Assembly: GCA_025786725.1 (NCBI GenBank)
Contig: JAHLTZ010000050.1
Coordinates: forward strand, 54,115 to 118,114
Length of the DNA stretch: 64,000 nucleotides
Reading direction: 5' to 3'
DNA from: Syncephalis fuscata S228
Lineage: Eukaryota; Fungi; Zoopagomycota
Under the pieces are notes generated by a model, which saw nothing but the letters and a program-made list of their open reading frames with translations, searched no databases and had not been told where the DNA came from. The translations under genes were made by a program, and so were the position numbers. Shown one piece after another: positions 50,326 through 64,000 of this stretch. The first letter of the stretch is position 1; each line of letters begins with the position of its first letter.

Positions 50326-52087
50326 CATATAATGGTATATAACAATATTATATTTTTATAATTGTTTATTTAATCATTACATTATTACATGTAGTGTGAT
50401 TTGGGGGTCAAATGACTAAATTTAATAACATTCGCGCAATTGCACTGCACATTCACTCTATTGAACATGGGGACAAGTGGTGAGTTTTATTTAATCGTCA
50501 CATCATCACACTTATTGCTTTTTTGGGGGACAAATGACTAATATTTAATAACACCCAATCTATTGAACATGATGATGGGTGGTGAGTGACATCAGTCATC
50601 AAATACTCGTCATCATAGATTCGTTATCCAGTATGCATATATCCACCATTTACCTATATCATTCCCATTCTGTCCCACACTACTATGTATCATTCTACGA
50701 TACACTAGACACATTTTATTGTTTATACGCGGCAATATACTTTGCTCTTCCACTCATTCCACTATACACACTGTAGCTTTGACACCGCTTTTTATGTTTT
50801 CTATGATCGCCCATCTTTCCTCTATCCAAAATCATGTTTATTTTTGCACCAGGCTAATTATTAACAAATCGAATTATTGTAACCGTCTGCTAGACAAGCC
50901 GGCAATTGTCAATTAGCAATGGCTTTGGTGTTGATCAAGCAAAACAATGCGTATCCACAGTAATGGCAAGGTCAGCCGGAAATGGCCCAATGGGTGGCTG
51001 TATTACTACGGGCTCTGGAGTTGAATGTTAAACCGAGTCACGGCAATACTCCATATTAGGAAGGTGGTACAAAAAACGGAAGTGATGTAGTGGCGTGCTG
51101 TGTAGATTGAGGCCAATATGAGTGAAATAGAACGAATAAAGCGTACCACTACATAGCTCAATAGCCAGAAACAACCCGGGCGATGCAATCGATGCATACG
51201 CGACGTAAAACAAACAAAATACGCCAGCTGATATACGAGTAAGGACCTGCAAGGACCATACTGACTGGTCATTAGCTGAAATCACTGCAATGACTGCAAT
51301 GACTGCACTAGAATAAGCCAGATTGGCAGCCAGCAGCCAGTATACTATACACCAATCGACAAACTAGCATAATAAACAAATTATAGCGATAAATAAACAA
51401 ATTTATATTTATATTTAACGATTTTCACCAATATTTGACCAATATTGCTATGATATGCATATACAATTCTAAATAAAAACAATAAATATTTAGACATTTT
51501 ATTTTATTGGTTATTATAGCCAGAATTGTCATGCGAGTACGCAGAACCAATCGGATTTGCAGTATATATATTCGTTAATTTACTGTTAACTTTATCAATA
51601 TGCCAACTGTGACTGTGTAATATGGTCATTAGCAGAAAAAGCGTAATGAAGGGCCAATTCAACTATAAAGCTAGAGTCGAATGGACAACGCCAACCGATA
51701 GAGTGTGGCCAATATACTGTATAACAATGTACAACAACATTTAATAAAATAAAAGTGTACAGCATAAACAGAATGGAAATAATGCAAGTAAATGGTGGAT
51801 ATATGCATACTGGATAATAAAGCTACAATAATGAGCATTTGATGACTGATGTCACTCACCGCCCATCATCATGTTCAATAGATCGGGCGTTATTAAAAAT
51901 AGTCATTTAACCACCAAATCACAATAAATGTAATAATGCGACGATTAAATCAAACTCACCACTTGTCCCCATGTTCAATAGAACGAAAATGTAGTTCAAC
52001 TACGCGAATGTTACAAAAAAAAGTCATTTGACCCCAAATCACACTAAGCAATAAACGATTTTAGTTAAAAAAAGCTATAATGTGATA

Positions 52088-52573
52088 TATAATGGTATAT
52101 AATGGTATATAGTGTATATAATGGTATATATGGTATATAGTGGTATATAGTGGTGTATAGTGGTGTATAGTGATATATACTTTCTTATACCGCCTTACAC
52201 CGCCTTACACCGGCTTATACCGTCTTATGGAGCGGTACGGAGCGGTATGGAGCGGTATGGAGCGGTACGCAGCGGTACGCCGTCTTATACCGTCTTATAC
52301 CGTCTTACACCGCTTACGCCGTCTTATACCGTCTTACGCCGTCTTACGCCTTCTTATACCGTCTTATGGAGCGGTACGCCGCGGTACGGAGCGGTACGCC
52401 GTCTTATACCGCCTTACACCGTCTTACACCGTCTTATACCGCCTTACACCGCCTTACGCCGTCTTACGCCGTCTTATACCTTCTTACACCGTCTTATGGA
52501 GCGGTACGCCGCGGTACGGAGCGGTACGCAGCGGTACGCCGTCTTATACCGTCTTACGCCGTCTTACACCGTC
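52088..52573. repeat. 10-bp-period satellite block 2
   Basis: Same motifs as block 1. Confidence 0.95.
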
Positions 52574-54335
52574 ATATAATGGTATATAACAATATATATA
52601 TTTTTATAATTGTTTATTTAATCATTACATTATTACATGTAGTGTGATTTGGGGGTCAAATGACTAAATTTAATAACATTCGCGCAATTGCACTGCACAT
52701 TCACTCTATTGAACATGGGGACAAGTGGTGAGTTTTATTTAATCGTCACATCATCACACTTATTGCTTTTTGGGGACAAATGACTAATATTTAATAACGC
52801 CCAATCTATTGAACATGATGATGGGTGGTGAGTGACATCAGTCATCAAATACTCGTCATCATAGATTCGTTATCCAGTATGCATATATCCACCATTTACC
52901 TATATCATTCCCATTCTGTCCCACACTACTATGTATCATTCTACGATACACTAGACACATTTTATTGTTTATACGCGGCAATATACTTTGCTCCTTCCAC
53001 TCATTCCACTATACACACTGTAGCTTTGACACCGCTTTTTATGTTTTCTATAATCGCCCATCTTTCCTCTATCCAAAATCGTGTTTATTTTTGCACCAGG
53101 CTAATTATTAACAAATCGAATTATTGTAACCGTCTGCTAGACAAGCCGGCAATTGTCAATTAGCAATGGCTTTGGTGTTGATCAAGCAAAACAATGCGTA
53201 TCCACAGTAATGGCAAGGTCAGCCGGAAATGGCCCAATGGGTGGCTGTATTACTACGGGCTCTGGAGTTGAATGTTAAACCGAGTCACGGCAATACTCCA
53301 TATTAGGAAGGTGGTACAAAAAACGGAAGTGATGTAGTGGCGTGCTGTGTAGATTGAGGCCAATATGAGTGAAATAGAACGAATAAAGCGTACCACTACA
53401 TAGCTCAATAGCCAGAAACAACCCGGGCAATGCAATCGATGCATACGCGACGTAAAACAAACAAAATACGCCAGCTGATATACGAGTAAGGACCTGCAAG
53501 GACCATACTGATGGTCATTAGCTGAAATCACTGCAATGACTGCAATGACTGCACTAGAATAAGCCAGATTGGCAGCCAGCAGCCAGTATACTATACACCA
53601 ATCGACAAACTAGCATAATAAACAAATTATAGCGATAAATAAACAAATTTATATTTATATTTAACGATTTTCACCAATATTTGACCAATATTGCTATGAT
53701 ATGCGTATACAATTCTAAATAAAAACAATAAATATTTAGACATTTTATTTTATTGGTTTATTATAGCCAGAATTGTCATGCGAGTACGCAGAACCAATCG
53801 GATTTGCAGTATATATATTCGTTAATTTACTGTTAACTTTATCAATATGCCCAACTGTGACTGTGTAATATGGTCATTAGCAGAAAAAGCGTAATGAAGG
53901 GCCAATTCAACTATAAAGCTAGAGTCGAATGGACAACGCCAACCGATAGAGTGTGGCCAATATACTGTATAACAATGTACAACAACATTTAATAAAATAA
54001 AAGTGTACAGCATAAACAGAATGGAAATAATGCAAGTAAATGGTGGATATATGCATACTGGATAATAAAGCTACAATAATGAGCATTTGATGATTGATGT
54101 CACTCACCGCCCATCATCATGTTCAATAGATTGGGCGTTATTAAAAATAGTCATTTAACCACCAAATCACAATAAATGTAATAATGCGACGATTAAATCA
54201 AACTCACCACTTGTCCCCATGTTCAATAGAACGAAAATGTAGTTCAACTACGCGAATGTTACAAAAAAAAGTCATTTGACCCCAAATCACACTAAGCAAT
54301 AAACGATTTTAGTTAAAAAAAGCTATAATGTGATA

Positions 54336-54673
54336 TATAATGGTATATAATGGTATATAGTGGTATATAGTGGTATATAGTGGTATATAGTGATATATTA
54401 TACTTACCGTTAAGCTTATACCGTCTTATGGAGCGGTAGGAGCGGTATGGAGCGGTAGGGCGGTACGCAGGTACCGTCTTATACCGTCTTATACCGTCTT
54501 ACACCGCTACCGTCTTATACCGTCTTACGCCGTCTTACTTTACCGTCTTATGGAGCGGTACGCCGCGGTACGCCGTCTTACCCCTACCCGCCCCCCCCCC
54601 CCCTTACACCGTCTTATGGAGCGGTACGCCGCGGTACGGCGTCCGTCTATACCGTCTACCCGTCTTACACCGT
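54336..54673. repeat. 10-bp-period satellite block 3 (shorter, appears error-rich)
   Basis: Same motifs as block 1, with many indels and a poly-C run. Confidence 0.9.
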
Positions 54674-55749
54674 CATATAATGGTATATAACAATATATAT
54701 ATTTTATAATTGTTTATTTAATCATTACATTATTATATGTAGTGTGATTTGGGGGTCAAATGACTATTTAATAACATTTGCGCAATTGAACTGCACATTC
54801 AATCTATTGAACATGATGGTGGGTGGTGAGTGACATCAGTCATCAAACACTCATTATTGTAGATGTATTATCCAATATGCATATATCCTCCATTTACTTA
54901 CATCATTCACATTCTGTTTATGCTGTACACTTTTATTTTATATAATGGCGTTGTACATTGTTATACAGTATACTGAACACACTATCGATTGGCGTTGTCC
55001 ATTTGACTCTAGCTTTATAGTTAAATTAGTCATTTATTACACTCATTATGCTAATTACCATATTACACAATTACAATTGGACATATTAAAAAATTAATAG
55101 CAAATTAAAAATATACTGCAAATCCGATTGTTTATGCGTACTCACATGACAATTCTGGTTGGTTAGTTATAATAAACCAATAAATTTGTTTATTTATCAA
55201 TATAATTTGTTTATTATGATAGTGTGTCGATATATGTATTGCATACTGGCTACTAGCTATCAATTGAGCTTATTCTAGTGCAGTCATTACAGTCATTGCA
55301 GTAATCTTAGCTAATGACTACTCGGTATGGTCATCGCAAGTCATTACTCGTAGATCAGTCACCATATTTTGTTTATTTTACGTAATTTATTCATTACTCG
55401 CTTTCACATATATTGTTTTACGTATTTATTTATATTCTACTACATTTGCTTTAAATTACTTGCTTTTGCCCCAATATACCCAACATATCACTACAGCAGC
55501 TCACCTTTCGTGCCGCCTTACTGATATAGTAACATGCCATGAACTGGCGTCAGTCTATCGCCTCGAAAACAAAAAAATTGTAGAATTGACTGGAAGGGAC
55601 ATGGCAAATTGTATGATCTTGTCTGTGCTTGAAAGCATGTTTAGTTGAATAAACACAGCAATACTTGCCTGCTAATGCAAAAATTACATGTTTCATGTAT
55701 ATCCTAATATAATATACTACAAAAGAATACTTTGTAATAATTCATCACA

Positions 55750-56400
55750 CCTGTATGTGCGCAGCTGTAGCAACAGTGGCGGATGTATTGTTGTACTGCC
55801 GTTGAACACTCATTCAATGACTATACCAACAGCATTCCTGTACTGTTGTTGCTGTATGTGCATAGTAGCTTGCAAGCTAATTATGTTGGTGGTCTACTAC
55901 CAAATACACTGGTACTTTGGTCTATTGTAGACCACATAGACATTCATTGTAATGAGTGCCGTACACATACAGTTGTAGGGACAGTGGTGGATGTACTACT
56001 GTGCTGCCATCGAATACCCGTTTAATGACAATGCCAACAGCACTTCCTGTACTGTTGCTGCTGTATGTGCGTAGTAGCTGTGCACGATAACTGCGGTGGC
56101 CATATGCTGCTAGATCCGTTATATGTTTGGCTTGCCGTAGGCCGTTCGTACTGTCGTCGCGCGGACTACCGTGCGCGTACAGTAGTAGTGACAGTAGTGG
56201 ATCGCACTGCTGTGCTTGCGTTGAAAACTTGTTCAGCGACTATACTGGCAGGCCAATCTACTACTATTGTTAGTGTATGCATACAGCAGCTGTACATGAT
56301 GACTGTGATGGCTATATGCTGTCAAGATCACCGTATACTCTGTTTTTCTATAGATAGTCAATACAGATCGTATTGACAACAGACTGCACCGTCTTGAAAG
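55750..56400. repeat. Degenerate tandem repeat, about 3 copies of 210 bp
   Basis: acagtggcggatgtattg (55773), acagtggtggatgtacta (55981) and acagtagtggatcgcact (56191), with shared ttcctgtactgttg..gctgtatgtgc.tagtagct. Confidence 0.75.
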
Positions 56401-56899
56401 TGGTAGATTGCACTGCTACCGTTGAGATTGAAGAGCTGTTGTCAGTTGACCTGCAAGAGCAATCTATAGTAAAAATAAGGCATACAGCGGATCTTTGCAG
56501 CATATATTCAATATGGCATAAAAACAAAGCTAGAAATGCACTTACTATGTCAAATAAGCTGCCAACACCAATGATCGGAGTAATGAAGGTGATTTGCAAA
56601 AGGCCAGATTACAAAAGAGCAATGCAAGTACATAGTGTAAATAGTGTTTGTACTAACTAGTGGTCAGTCAACTTCTGACACTATCTATGTAGCATATATA
56701 GAGCGTACAAATATATGCTATGGATATATGCTATCAAGTGTGAAGAAAGAGAAAGGAAATGTGATGACGTAGTTTGTGAGATGTGAGCCTGTCAGTCAAT
56801 ATTTATAAACAGATGAGTTTAATTAATAAATGGAGTGGGAAGTAATAAAAGTCAATCTACCCAACATGTCGGTACATCATAGAATAGATTAATAGTAAA

Positions 56900-57110
56900 T
56901 GAATAAATACATTAAGAATAAAAGTTATTTACTTTCAAAACTACTCATTATTATAAAACATATATTCAGTATAATAGTGAATGTAATAAAAGATTAATTA
57001 AAAGAATAAAAGTCATTCACACCCAAAAAACACTCATTATTATAGAACGTAGCTTCAGTATAATGGCGAATGTATTAAAAGAATAAAAGCCATTTGACAC
57101 CAAAACCATT
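56900..57110. repeat. Degenerate AT-rich tandem repeat related to the array's inverted-repeat motif
   Basis: aagaataaaag(t/c)(c/t)att...aaaa..actcattattata occurs about three times; gcgaatgt...catttgacaccaaa resembles gcgaatgttac...gtcatttgacccccaaa at 49796-49830. Confidence 0.6.
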
Positions 57111-57263
57111 AAAATGAAACGATCATTTATATACTAAATAAAAGAATATTTACAATATTTATTGGTAACATATAAGCAATGAATAGATGATGTAAAGCAA
57201 CTAAGTATATTAGATAGTTAGCATTATGATTTGATTGATTGTTAATGAGCTCTTACCTTTTAA

Positions 57264-59629
57264 CTAATATGCACCTTTATTGAGACGGCATTTTCGGAAG
57301 GGAATTGACCGTTTGGCAGCACCTTGTGATTTGTATTTTGAGTAGCATCGGCGCTTTAGGCGGCGTCGCTGTAAAAGCTTAGACGCTAGCCGCTGCTTCT
57401 TTGTTGTTGGCCCAGATGCTGCTTGTGTTGGTGGTGATGGTGTTGTTATTGGCGTCGTTGGTGGTGGTGATGTTGTTGTTGATGCTTCTGGTTCTTCTTC
57501 ATTTAAAGAAACAACATTAAGTGGTGCAGCCGCATCCACTTGTTCTTCCTCCTCATCAAACCAGTGACAAGCCAGCGCGTCTTCTGCTGTACAACGCGTG
57601 CTACTATCAATGGTCAGTAGCCGCGTTATTAAATCAATAGCTGCGCAATGTTAGTTATTGTTAATAAATAAATATTCAACTTACCTTCATCGCTGAGATG
57701 ATTTCCTTGTTCAAAACCAAGCGGTGTATTTAATACATCTTTTAAATATCCAAAAGCGCCATGCTGAGTATCATAGGGATAATTGCCTAAGTACAGTATA
57801 GAATAGTTAGTACTATATATTGTTTTTGTTTGCACTTACCTGTTAACAACTTATAGAGCGTTATACCTAAGCTCCACATGTCAATGGGTGTCCCATATCC
57901 ATTAACAGTTGATGAGTTTAGCTGGTCACGAAACTCTTGATTTTCGTCGCCTAGTGCAATTGACAATAGATTTTGCCGCATAGTTGATGCCAACATCACC
58001 TCGGGTGCTTTATATGCCATGGTGCCACCACTGCTATATGGCATGGAAGGTCGTATAAACCGAGCCAATCCAAAGTCCGTATATACGACTTTAGGGCACT
58101 CAGAGTCCGCAACCAATAAAATGTTATGAGGCTATTTAATCGTTAATAATAACGCGTAATATTAAATAAATAAATTACCTTGATGTCTAATTATGTGATA
58201 ATAATAGCAATCATTAACAATTATATTGTAGATAAATGAATGTACTTACCACCATGCGCAATATTCAGACTGTGTAAAATCTAATGCATTATTAGCTTTT
58301 TGATTATTAATTTATAATAATACTTACCAAAACACCTTCGAAAAGTTGTTTAAAGATATGTTTTACTTCCATCTCTGGAAGTGGGCCATGGCGGCGAACA
58401 TATCTGGCTAGATCGCCACCTGCCATGTACGGGAGGACTATGTACACATTATGAGCAGTGTATCGCTCATCCAAATACATTACAAAATGAGGATCGCATT
58501 TTATACTACGTAAGGCATTGATCTCATTTATAATGGATTCTTCGTTATTACGACGTGCTACAATCTTTACTGCAACACGTTGACCTGTGTTGCGGTCCAA
58601 TGCCAGACGTACTGCACCAAAGCCGCCTCTGTTACAAATAGTTGGTTGGTTATCTAGTTATTTTATTTAGTCTAACTACTTACTTGCCAAGAAAATCATT
58701 GGTAATTTTATAACGTCGGTGAACGTTCTATAATAGCAATAGCAGTGTTATTTTGGTATCTGATTGTATTTGTAATCTTACCTCGATATACTCTGAACTA
58801 AGTTCTTCTGGCACAATAGTGGCCAGTTTAAGGCTGTACACAGTAAATGTGGCTGCAATGTATAATTAATAATGATAATAATAATGATAATAATAATTAA
58901 TACTTACTTTTACAACCTGGAATCTTAATAAAGCATTTATCGGTATCTTGATCTACTTCGTTTTGAACTACCTTATGGTCATTTACTAAATTAAACGTTA
59001 ATAATTTGATTTCTATTACTTATTAAAACTTACCCATTAAAATTGGCAATCCCATGTTCTAATTTACTAATTAGTAATAAAAATGTTAATAATTATGTAC
59101 TTACCGTGCATGAGACTGTTGTATGGTCCTATGATGATTTATAGTTAATGATTAGTTATTAAAGTGTATAATATACTTACTGCTGATACTGCGAAGCAGA
59201 CTTGTGGCATATCAGCCACATCTAACTGGTAGTCACTATTGAAGATTTGGCATATTGTCAGTTTGATACTATTTATAAACTTAATGTTACTTACCATTGT
59301 TGGCTAGTACCAACGGTAAATTTTACACCGTCTTTTAAGACGTGTTCTAAACAGCTATTGTTTAGATTCAAATATGTTCAATATTATTCCAACACACCTT
59401 GAGGCTCTTCTCCGTATACTTCGAGCCATCCGACAGCGCTATTGCGCTCTTCTTGTGTCAAAGCATCCCAACAAGCTGGAATCTTTGCGTAAAACGCAGT
59501 ACCATTGCCTAGAAGGCTCGATGGCAATACAGCGGTAGAAAGAGCCGCGACAGGCGAGACTGAACGCGGACTAGAGGAAGTGGACTCAGAAGCTGTAGTC
59601 ACCGCTTGTTGATTGTTTGAAGGATTCAT
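57264..59629 (-). CDS. Ser/Thr protein kinase of Chk2/Rad53/Mek1-like architecture (degenerate FHA-like N-terminus plus kinase domain), many short exons
   Basis: RYKITNDFLGK|GGFGAV, VAVKIV, YMAGGDL, LHSLNIAHG|DIK|PHNILL, TDFGLA, GTMAYKAPEV, YGTPIDMWSLG and RCTAEDALACHWF. The subfamily assignment is tentative. Confidence 0.85.
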
Positions 59630-62600
59630 GGTTGTAAGATATCAAGTAAAAACAATGGAAATGAGCAATTGTTTAAAGCAAAGAAACAAAAGATGAAAGT
59701 GTAATAGCGACAATGCTTAAAACAAAATGTATGTTTGGCTCACGTTAAATAGTACCATCTGTTTTTTAGACAATTGTAACAATAAAATGAATCGACTTAA
59801 ATACGCTTATAATAGTATAATATCAGTCAGTATTGAAGATAATATAACGATAGTATGTTTTATTTTACAAGTAATCTAGCGTTGCATTTGCTGTAGTATG
59901 TTCTGCTTACTGATGCCATAGTTCTGCCTTAAGTTGTATAGCAAACTATTGCGCATATCGGTATTTTATATAATCACTTGGCTAAGCATGCATGTGCCAC
60001 ATCATACTAGTTTTCATGTTAGCCTTTGCAGTCGATATGGTTACGTGTTTATTCCTGTTTTTACTTCATAGCTTTAACGGACTTTGTAATGTAATATGAA
60101 CAACGTGTATTTTATTTCTATTTAGTAGCATTGAAACTCAATCGGTGAATTATTTTATAGACCATATTTCTAAAGAAAAATAGTCATTTTTATTTAACTA
60201 ATACAGTAATAAATTGTGTGGATCGATTAATCTAATTGTGTGGAATGGCAAGAATGTTGGGGGAAAGTGAAAATACCCGCTAGACCCTGACAATATTGAT
60301 AGCATTGGAAAGAACCACTATTATAGTGGTACAGCTGATTAAGAATGGTCGCATTTGGCTATGTTTCAGTTGTATTAGCCAATTGATTCAACTAGCCAGT
60401 GTAGATATGCTGATTATGCGCGGAAATGACCAGCAAATGGAAGGCAAAAAGTGAGCAAATATGGAAATAAGGAAGGGATTATAATCCAATTTACTGATAA
60501 GATGGTATCTAGCATTAGAAGGTTTCAGTCAGTTGCAGCGCGCCAATGAGCAGCTACCACATACTCTTTACCAACATTGTCCATTCTAATTGGTAGATAT
60601 GTTTTGGGGCAATTTTATAAGGTTGTGCTGAGATTACTTTTGCTCATTACCTCGCCTTCTTCTGTTTCCAGTTGTTAATGTGCTGTAAGCCGTTTGTTAA
60701 TGGTCAGCACCAAATCTAGTAGTTACATCCGGTGGTGTGTGGTCCTCTTGTTGGTTGACCATGAAATACTGTGTTCTTACTTGTGTACTGTATTGAATGT
60801 GTAATATGATATTGCAGACTATTGTATTGTACTGGCTCAATAATTATATGGTTGCCTGTAATAGGCGACTGTATACTAGTGTAGTGCGGAGACATGTGGG
60901 ATGCTAGAGCGTGCAGTGCAGTGTTTAGCAAGTCAGTATTGCTGTGCGCTCCCTCATGTTGATGCGGCGACCTGTGATAGGTGGCTATATGTTAGTGTCC
61001 ACTTGTTTGTAATGCGCACTGGAGGTGTGTGGCAGTAGTCAACTTGCTGAACACTGCCATCACACACTAGATTGGTGTGATATGTGGATAATTTGTGATG
61101 AGTGCCACATATCAACTACTGTTTACTTGTGGGCATTATTAAATGAATTGCAGTATATTACTAGTCTCAAATATCATAGAAAATACCTGGTTCACTAGTG
61201 TCCATGAAGACAATGTTGAGATTTGCTAGGGGATCGTTGGATTTTAGATAGTATTTCTGCGATTGGTTAGAGCGTGGTAAAGATTAAATACTATGTTGTA
61301 ATCATTTGATAATGCAGCAGCATATGGTAATATCCGTTTTTCAAGCGTAATATGCAGTAGTGTTCATTTGCTTAGTTTTACGCATTGGATACAATTGGGT
61401 GAACCAGCAATCTAATGGAGTTTATTACTACATTTGAATTTTTACTGCATATCATATCGTTTATTAAACCGTATTGCCATCTGGCGATGGCTAGTATGAG
61501 CTATGTGCTTCTGACATATGATTTTGCCTTAAAGGGGATCGTCAGTATTCCGGGTGGACGCGTAGTTCTATACTAGATGATCGTCTCGATTAACAACTTT
61601 TTCAGTTTTTTGTATAACACTTAAAATAACACTGTCCAAACAACAAACAACCACACTACATGTACGCTATGAATCATATATGAACAGCGGCTGACTAGAT
61701 GTATGATATTATATTACTACTAAGCAATACTAAAACATTTTTCTATAGTCATTCAAGCATTGGTGCCAGTCAGCAGATACATTTGGGCTATATTTTTATC
61801 ATGCACCATTGTTTCTGCATGCAACTTACAATACCGATTATTACCTTTATTTACATAAATATCAACTGTAGCTGGTGCCAGCACTTGGTATGGTTTTCCA
61901 AATGAAAATATATATTCATTTGGTTTTTTATCCAATCAAGTGCTAATTGCTATTGCTATTGCGTGCTTCTTGGATGTATCGCTTAAATAAATAAAACATC
62001 AGCAGTAGTAAAGTAAAAAGAGAATTATATATATAACAACACTAAGTATATATTTTTGGTATAAAAAATGCCATAGCAGCAAATGATATCATCCGTTCTT
62101 ACAACTGACATTATGCACAGAAGTGAAAATTCAATATTAATCTGAGCTGCCTTACAGTACGGTGTTGAATAGTACTGCATACGTTTACAGAACATTACGG
62201 GTACTGAATGTTGAACAAATCTTTCGTTTATGGCAACTCGCCTATGCTAATTATGCACAATAAACGTGAATGAATATCAATATCGCCTTTTTTTATTGAT
62301 TGATTTGTGTTACGTTGAAAGCCATTCAGCCATTTTGCCACTCCCCAAATCAAACACTACGCTCCCATTTTCCCTTTGGTAGCATCTGTCTCAATACACT
62401 TTACACTCACTAAACGTTTAGTAGCTACAAGATTACCACTGTTTATTGTTTTAAATGTTTTAGTTAAGTAGATGGGTGTGCGGAGTGTAATGTAGTTATG
62501 CTTTTTAGTTATGTTGTTTGATAACACTTCAGATATATAGTCGGCTAAAACTATATAATAATGCGGCGATATTTTAATATGCTGCATAAGTGGTTTCAAT

Positions 62601-64000
62601 ATTGCATGGCTAACTGGCCATACTATTTGGTAAACCTGGATGTTTACTAGGTGCTTGCGTGCGTAGTTACATTGATATAGCTATTTAGCTGTTGAGACGC
62701 ATAAAACTTGTGCTCGAAGATATTTGTTAACCTACAATTTGTATTGATATCTAATATTTTGATGGTGCAAATTTATGTTGTTTAGACAGCTGCTGTTAGT
62801 TGTCATGCTGCATAGAAGTGATAGGATTGTATACAAGTAACGTAGACATTTGCTTCTATGATGATGCAGTTATGAAAGTAGCAGTGGTGACAGCATGAAA
62901 CAGCTATTGTTCCGTGTTATTTTACAACTGAGACGACGTAAGGATTGCTGTTTTGCAACTATGTGTAATAGCTGTCCCAAATTGCTTATTCAATGTGACT
63001 ATACAGCAAACATTATTGCCATAGTTGATTTGCACGTATAATCTTACTAATATAAATTTGAGCAGATATATTTCTTAGTGATGCTTATATTCAACAAGAA
63101 TATAGCCTTATTACATTACTCAATTATTTGGTTTGTAGATTATATTGTATTTGACAATGAAACATTGGTATATTTGCATGAATTTACATATTACAGCTAT
63201 ACAAAAAAAATGAATAGGCTAAGCCAATAGTATTGAGCAAACGAGTAGACATAATGAGTGAGCAAGTTCAATTGGATTTTATTAATACCATAGATAGAGC
63301 CAAAAAAGCAATATTGGATTGCAATACAATGGTATTGTGGTGTACAATAGTTAGTAAATAAACTTGAATGTTTAGCTTTAAATTACAGTACCAACATTTT
63401 ATTGCTTATTGACAATATATAAACCATGTAGAAATAAAATAACATAGAATGCTATAATTGAGCAAGTGAAAGTGCAGAGTGCCGATGATAAGTTATAGCG
63501 TTTACGACAAGATGAATTGATATCTATAATAAATATAGCTAGTAATGAACAAGCAGCTTTTATTAATGGTAGTAGCCAATGAACAGTACACTGATATATA
63601 GCATGATGAATGGACAACGTGCAAATAAAGAAGTGAAATGTATGATAGAAATGACATTGTCATGACAAATAGAATGTAGAGTATAATTATGGTAATTACA
63701 CGGTATCATTTATTATTTATCTTATTAGTACGTTAAGCCTATTTTCTTTTAAAAAGCTTTATTATTCGAATCAAAGTATAGTAGCATGCATACGAGCAGC
63801 AATGCCAATATCTTACCTTTAAAACTATACGATATGGCCGCCACAAGACTAACGGCTGGATAAAAAGCAGACAGACTAAGCCAAAAAGCTAAAGCTAATT
63901 ATTTAGTGGTTCTAATCATGTAAACCAGCTGTTTTGATGCTAGTTGTTAGTGCTATTACCAGCCAATTGAACAAATAAAAGTGATCAGTTCAATGATGAT

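Larger units (their letters stand above)
48365..55380. repeat. Complex array of ~2.2-kb units: long inverted repeats, 10-bp satellites and a ~1.2-kb core in both orientations
   Basis: gtcactcaccgcccatcatcatg recurs at 49643, 51851 and 54099. The core at 48396-49628 is the reverse complement of ~50600-51838 and ~52850-54086 (ORFs 48947+/51028-/53275- and 49316-/52825+ mirror each other). A diverged partial forward core lies at 54850-55380. Confidence 0.93.

Noticed and set aside
49945-52647. Arg/Leu/Pro/Ser/Tyr-rich ORFs over the satellites
   Set aside because: Open in several frames because the 10-bp repeats lack stops; indels differ between copies and there is no domain signal.
61300-61450. 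AYGNIRFSS resembling the Fanzor AYG..F.SS motif
   Set aside because: No downstream DE..TS or CxxC motifs; probably chance.
61700-63620. Short ORFs near the window end
   Set aside because: No motifs, no convincing splice structure, and AT-rich intergenic composition.

Overview
AT-rich, intron-dense eukaryotic DNA with short (~50-85 nt) GT-AG introns. The gene set is fungal, and an early-diverging fungus such as a zoopagomycete is my inference from gene style only. Housekeeping genes: PP2C/PTC1, RPS20, an alpha/beta hydrolase, AFG1, MsrB, CitE/CLYBL-like lyase, PRP28, MLH3, SPF30, PEX26, MED22, TMEM209/Pom34-like and an FHA/Chk2-type kinase. The standout is at 8289-10588, which the ORF track misses. 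An ~81-83 bp tandem array there is a series of 27 phase-1 introns separated by 26 microexons (24 of 3 nt, 2 of 6 nt). Spliced by hand it gives a stop-free 62-aa secreted prepropeptide: signal peptide, RR site, then the 6-Cys peptide DLNSCMDQCSKCGIDNICVVRCQYTCHHDNP, about one exon per codon. Two direct-repeat Fanzor (eukaryotic TnpB) relics flank it. A third, intron-containing Fanzor relic of another subfamily lies at 18.4-19.1 kb. The first ~21 kb is bracketed by an inverted pair of His-less subtilisin-like genes. A gene-poor stretch (45-57 kb) holds a probable solo LTR, a MITE-like hairpin and a 7-kb array of ~2.2-kb units built from long inverted repeats, 10-bp-period satellites and a core present in both orientations. 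Single-base indels in conserved genes suggest an unpolished long-read consensus, so frameshifts alone do not show pseudogenisation.
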